NCBI GenBank assembly: GCA_036279355.1
Contig: DASUJH010000020.1
Location: 135,902 to 199,901, forward strand
Direction of reading: 5' to 3'
Length of the DNA: 64,000 nt
Source of the DNA: Gemmatimonadales bacterium
Lineage (GTDB): Bacteria; Gemmatimonadota; Gemmatimonadetes; Gemmatimonadales; GWC2-71-9
Below are positions 62,530 to 64,000 of this stretch, one piece after another. The notes under the pieces are model-generated. The model ran no database searches. It worked only from the letters and a program-made list of their open reading frames with translations, and was not told the origin of the DNA. The number at the start of each line of letters is the position of its first letter. Positions within the stretch are counted from its first letter, which is position 1. Both the position numbers and the translations under genes were made by a program.

Positions 62530-63114
62530 TTAGGGGTGTCCGCCGGAGGACCCGGGTGGCGGAGGGCCCGGCTGCGCTGCTTGGTCAAGATACGCGCCGT
62601 AGTGCTCGGCCCCGCATTCAGGGCAGAACGTGTGCGAAAATCGGGCTTCGGAATGTTCGCTGATGAAGGGCTCCAGCCGCTCCCAGATATCCCCGTTCCG
62701 AATCCGCTTGCAGAAGCCGCAGATGGGGAGCATGCCCTCGAGGACGCGAAGGGTACGCGCCTGCCGGCGCAGGTGCAAAATGAGGAGCGAGACGGCGACA
62801 GAACACAGGATGAGAACCGCCGTGTCGAGCACGGCCAGGACGGCCGGCGCGGGCCAACTCCACAGGCGGAAAATGAGCATCCGCAGCGGCGGGAGCGCGA
62901 TGGCGAGCGGGATACTCCAGCGGCGAGCATCGCTCCACGCGGCCATGGCTGGGGGAATCGCATACAGCATTACGATCGAGTCGAGGTATGGCCCGGTGAA
63001 GAAATCGAGGACAAGGATCGCGACGCTTGCGAGCAGCCAATGCGCCGGCGTGAACGGCGATGGCGAGCGCAATGCGAAGCGCCACGGCTTGATGCGAAAA
63101 CCGTCGGCCAACAT
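62530..63114 (-). CDS. Membrane protein (about 4 TM helices) with a C-terminal CxxC-X26-CxxC zinc-ribbon-like tail
   Basis: From ATG 63114 the hydrophobic segments are WLLASVAILVLDFF, IVMLYAIPPAMAAW, WSIPLAIALPPLRMLIF and AVLAVLDTAVLILCSVAVSLLIL. The tail is LPICGFCKRIRNGDIWERLEPFISEHSEARFSHTFCPECGAEHY. Confidence 0.65.
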   Translation of the reverse strand: MLADGFRIKPWRFALRSPSPFTPAHWLLASVAILVLDFFTGPYLDSIVMLYAIPPAMAAWSDARRWSIPLAIALPPLRMLIFRLWSWPAPAVLAVLDTAVLILCSVAVSLLILHLRRQARTLRVLEGMLPICGFCKRIRNGDIWERLEPFISEHSEARFSHTFCPECGAEHYGAYLDQAAQPGPPPPGSSGGHP

Positions 63115-63119
63115 GGGCG

Positions 63120-64000
63120 CTACTGTTTCCTTCCGAGAATCCGCTCGTAGAGCGCCACGTGCCGCTCCGCCATTGCTGTCTGGGTGAACTGTTCCGCCAC
63201 CCGGCGCTGACCGGCCTGGCCCAAGCGACCGCGCAATCCGCGATCGTGGCCGAGCGTCTCGAGCGCCTGCGCCAGCGCGCCAACGTCCCGGAGCGGCACC
63301 TCGAGCCCCGTTGTTCCCGGCACGTTTACCTCGCGGACGGCGCTTGGTAAGGCGGTGGTGATCACCGGCCGGCCCGCCGCCATCGCCTCCAGCACGACGA
63401 GCCCGAACATCTCCTCCACCGTGACCGACGGCAGCACCAGAAAGTCCGCATCGGCCATGCGGCGGGGCAAGTCGTCGTCGGGATACTCCCCCCACCAGCG
63501 CACCCGGTCGCTCACGGCGAGTGCCTGCGCCAAGGTCCTGAGCCGGGGCATTTCGGGTCCCGTGCCCACGACGTCGAGCTTGAGATCCGGCACTCGCTCG
63601 AGCGCACGGAGGAGCACATCCACGCCCTTGTAGGGCACGAGCCGCCCGATGAAGATCGCGCGCGGCGCGGCGTCCGGCGGCGGCGGCGGAACGAACGTCC
63701 ACCGCCGCTCGTCGATGCCGAACGGGATCACCTCGACTTTTCCCTCGAACCCGGTGAGCTCCCGCGAGAGCGCCACGTGTGCGCGGCTCGGCACCACGAC
63801 CGCGCGGGCGCGCTTCAGCACGAACCGGATCCACGGGCGATAGATCCCGCGGCGCGCATCGGCGTGATGGGTGACCACGACCGGCGTGCGCCGCGCCCGG
63901 AGCAGGCACGCCATGTCGGCCAGCGGATGCGGGTGGTGGACGTGGATGATGTCGGCGCGACGCCAGGCGGCAGTGAGATAGCCCGGCGCCACTTCCTGGG
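63120..64000 (-). CDS. Glycosyltransferase family 4/GT-B (5' end probably outside the window)
   Basis: IFIGRLVPYKGVDVLLRA and VLPSVTVEEMFGLVVLEAMAAGRPVITT (the EX7E motif) are present. The frame stays open to the window edge. Confidence 0.85.
   Translation of the reverse strand, partial: QEVAPGYLTAAWRRADIIHVHHPHPLADMACLLRARRTPVVVTHHADARRGIYRPWIRFVLKRARAVVVPSRAHVALSRELTGFEGKVEVIPFGIDERRWTFVPPPPPDAAPRAIFIGRLVPYKGVDVLLRALERVPDLKLDVVGTGPEMPRLRTLAQALAVSDRVRWWGEYPDDDLPRRMADADFLVLPSVTVEEMFGLVVLEAMAAGRPVITTALPSAVREVNVPGTTGLEVPLRDVGALAQALETLGHDRGLRGRLGQAGQRRVAEQFTQTAMAERHVALYERILGRKQ

Noticed and set aside
62530-63909. A 459-aa ORF and the 249-aa ORF 62214..62963, which suggest larger proteins.
   Set aside because: The upstream parts overlap the glycosyltransferase or the membrane-protein gene in other frames and are Arg/Gly/Pro-rich. 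The internal starts at 63114 and 62483 give coherent proteins.
1-64000. I checked for CRISPR arrays, transposases, integrases, phage genes, toxin-antitoxin pairs and rRNA operons.
   Set aside because: I saw no regularly spaced repeats and no recognisable transposase, integrase or phage protein motifs in any frame. The tRNA genes have no adjacent integrase or duplicated 3' ends. The GxxExxY nuclease-like gene is isolated and has no partner genes.

Overview
The window is a very GC-rich bacterial chromosome segment; third codon positions are almost all G or C. Outer-membrane-type proteins, RNase Y, Rex, HrcA, MutS2 and a PEP-CTERM protein together suggest a high-GC diderm such as Gemmatimonadota, but that is inference only. 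I support 63 protein-coding genes, 3 tRNAs and a handful of regulatory sites and terminators. I see no rRNA, CRISPR array, transposase, integrase or prophage.

Layout:
- **1-18.6 kb:** acyl-CoA carboxylase genes, rpsA, cmk-aroA-tyrA, an orphan prepilin-like pair, ppk2, treY-glgX, tRNA-Leu and two secreted or lipoproteins.
- **18.6-58.9 kb:** one uninterrupted array of 42 minus-strand housekeeping genes, many joined by 4-nt NTGA start/stop overlaps. Reading in transcription order from the 58.9 kb end, it runs asparaginase, obg, dprA, hemW, hrcA, dnaJ, prmA, rsmE, rpsU, mutS2, dnaG, recJ, rsmD, coaD, pta, an RsbV/RsbW/GAF-PP2C partner-switching module, rsmA, rex, arcA, infC-rpmI-rplT, pheST, zapA, rny, folD, xseAB, ispA, dxs, nadK, recN.
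- **58.9-64 kb:** the only accessory-looking part. It holds a Wzi-like outer-membrane protein, a Cys-rich tandem-repeat secreted protein, tRNA-Val, a PEP-CTERM protein behind a sigma-54-type promoter, a tRNA with anticodon CAT, a small unknown protein, a membrane protein with a CxxC...CxxC tail, and the start of a glycosyltransferase locus.

I do not see a clear, self-contained novel system. The best candidates for follow-up are:
- the uncharacterised surface and regulatory genes at 60.4-63.1 kb;
- the two similar sigma-54-like promoters at 9254 and 61323;
- the sigma-less partner-switching module;
- the infC leader, with a non-canonical start plus an attenuator-like hairpin;
- the perfect Rex operator.

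All calls come from reading the translations and sequence by eye. No database search was run.
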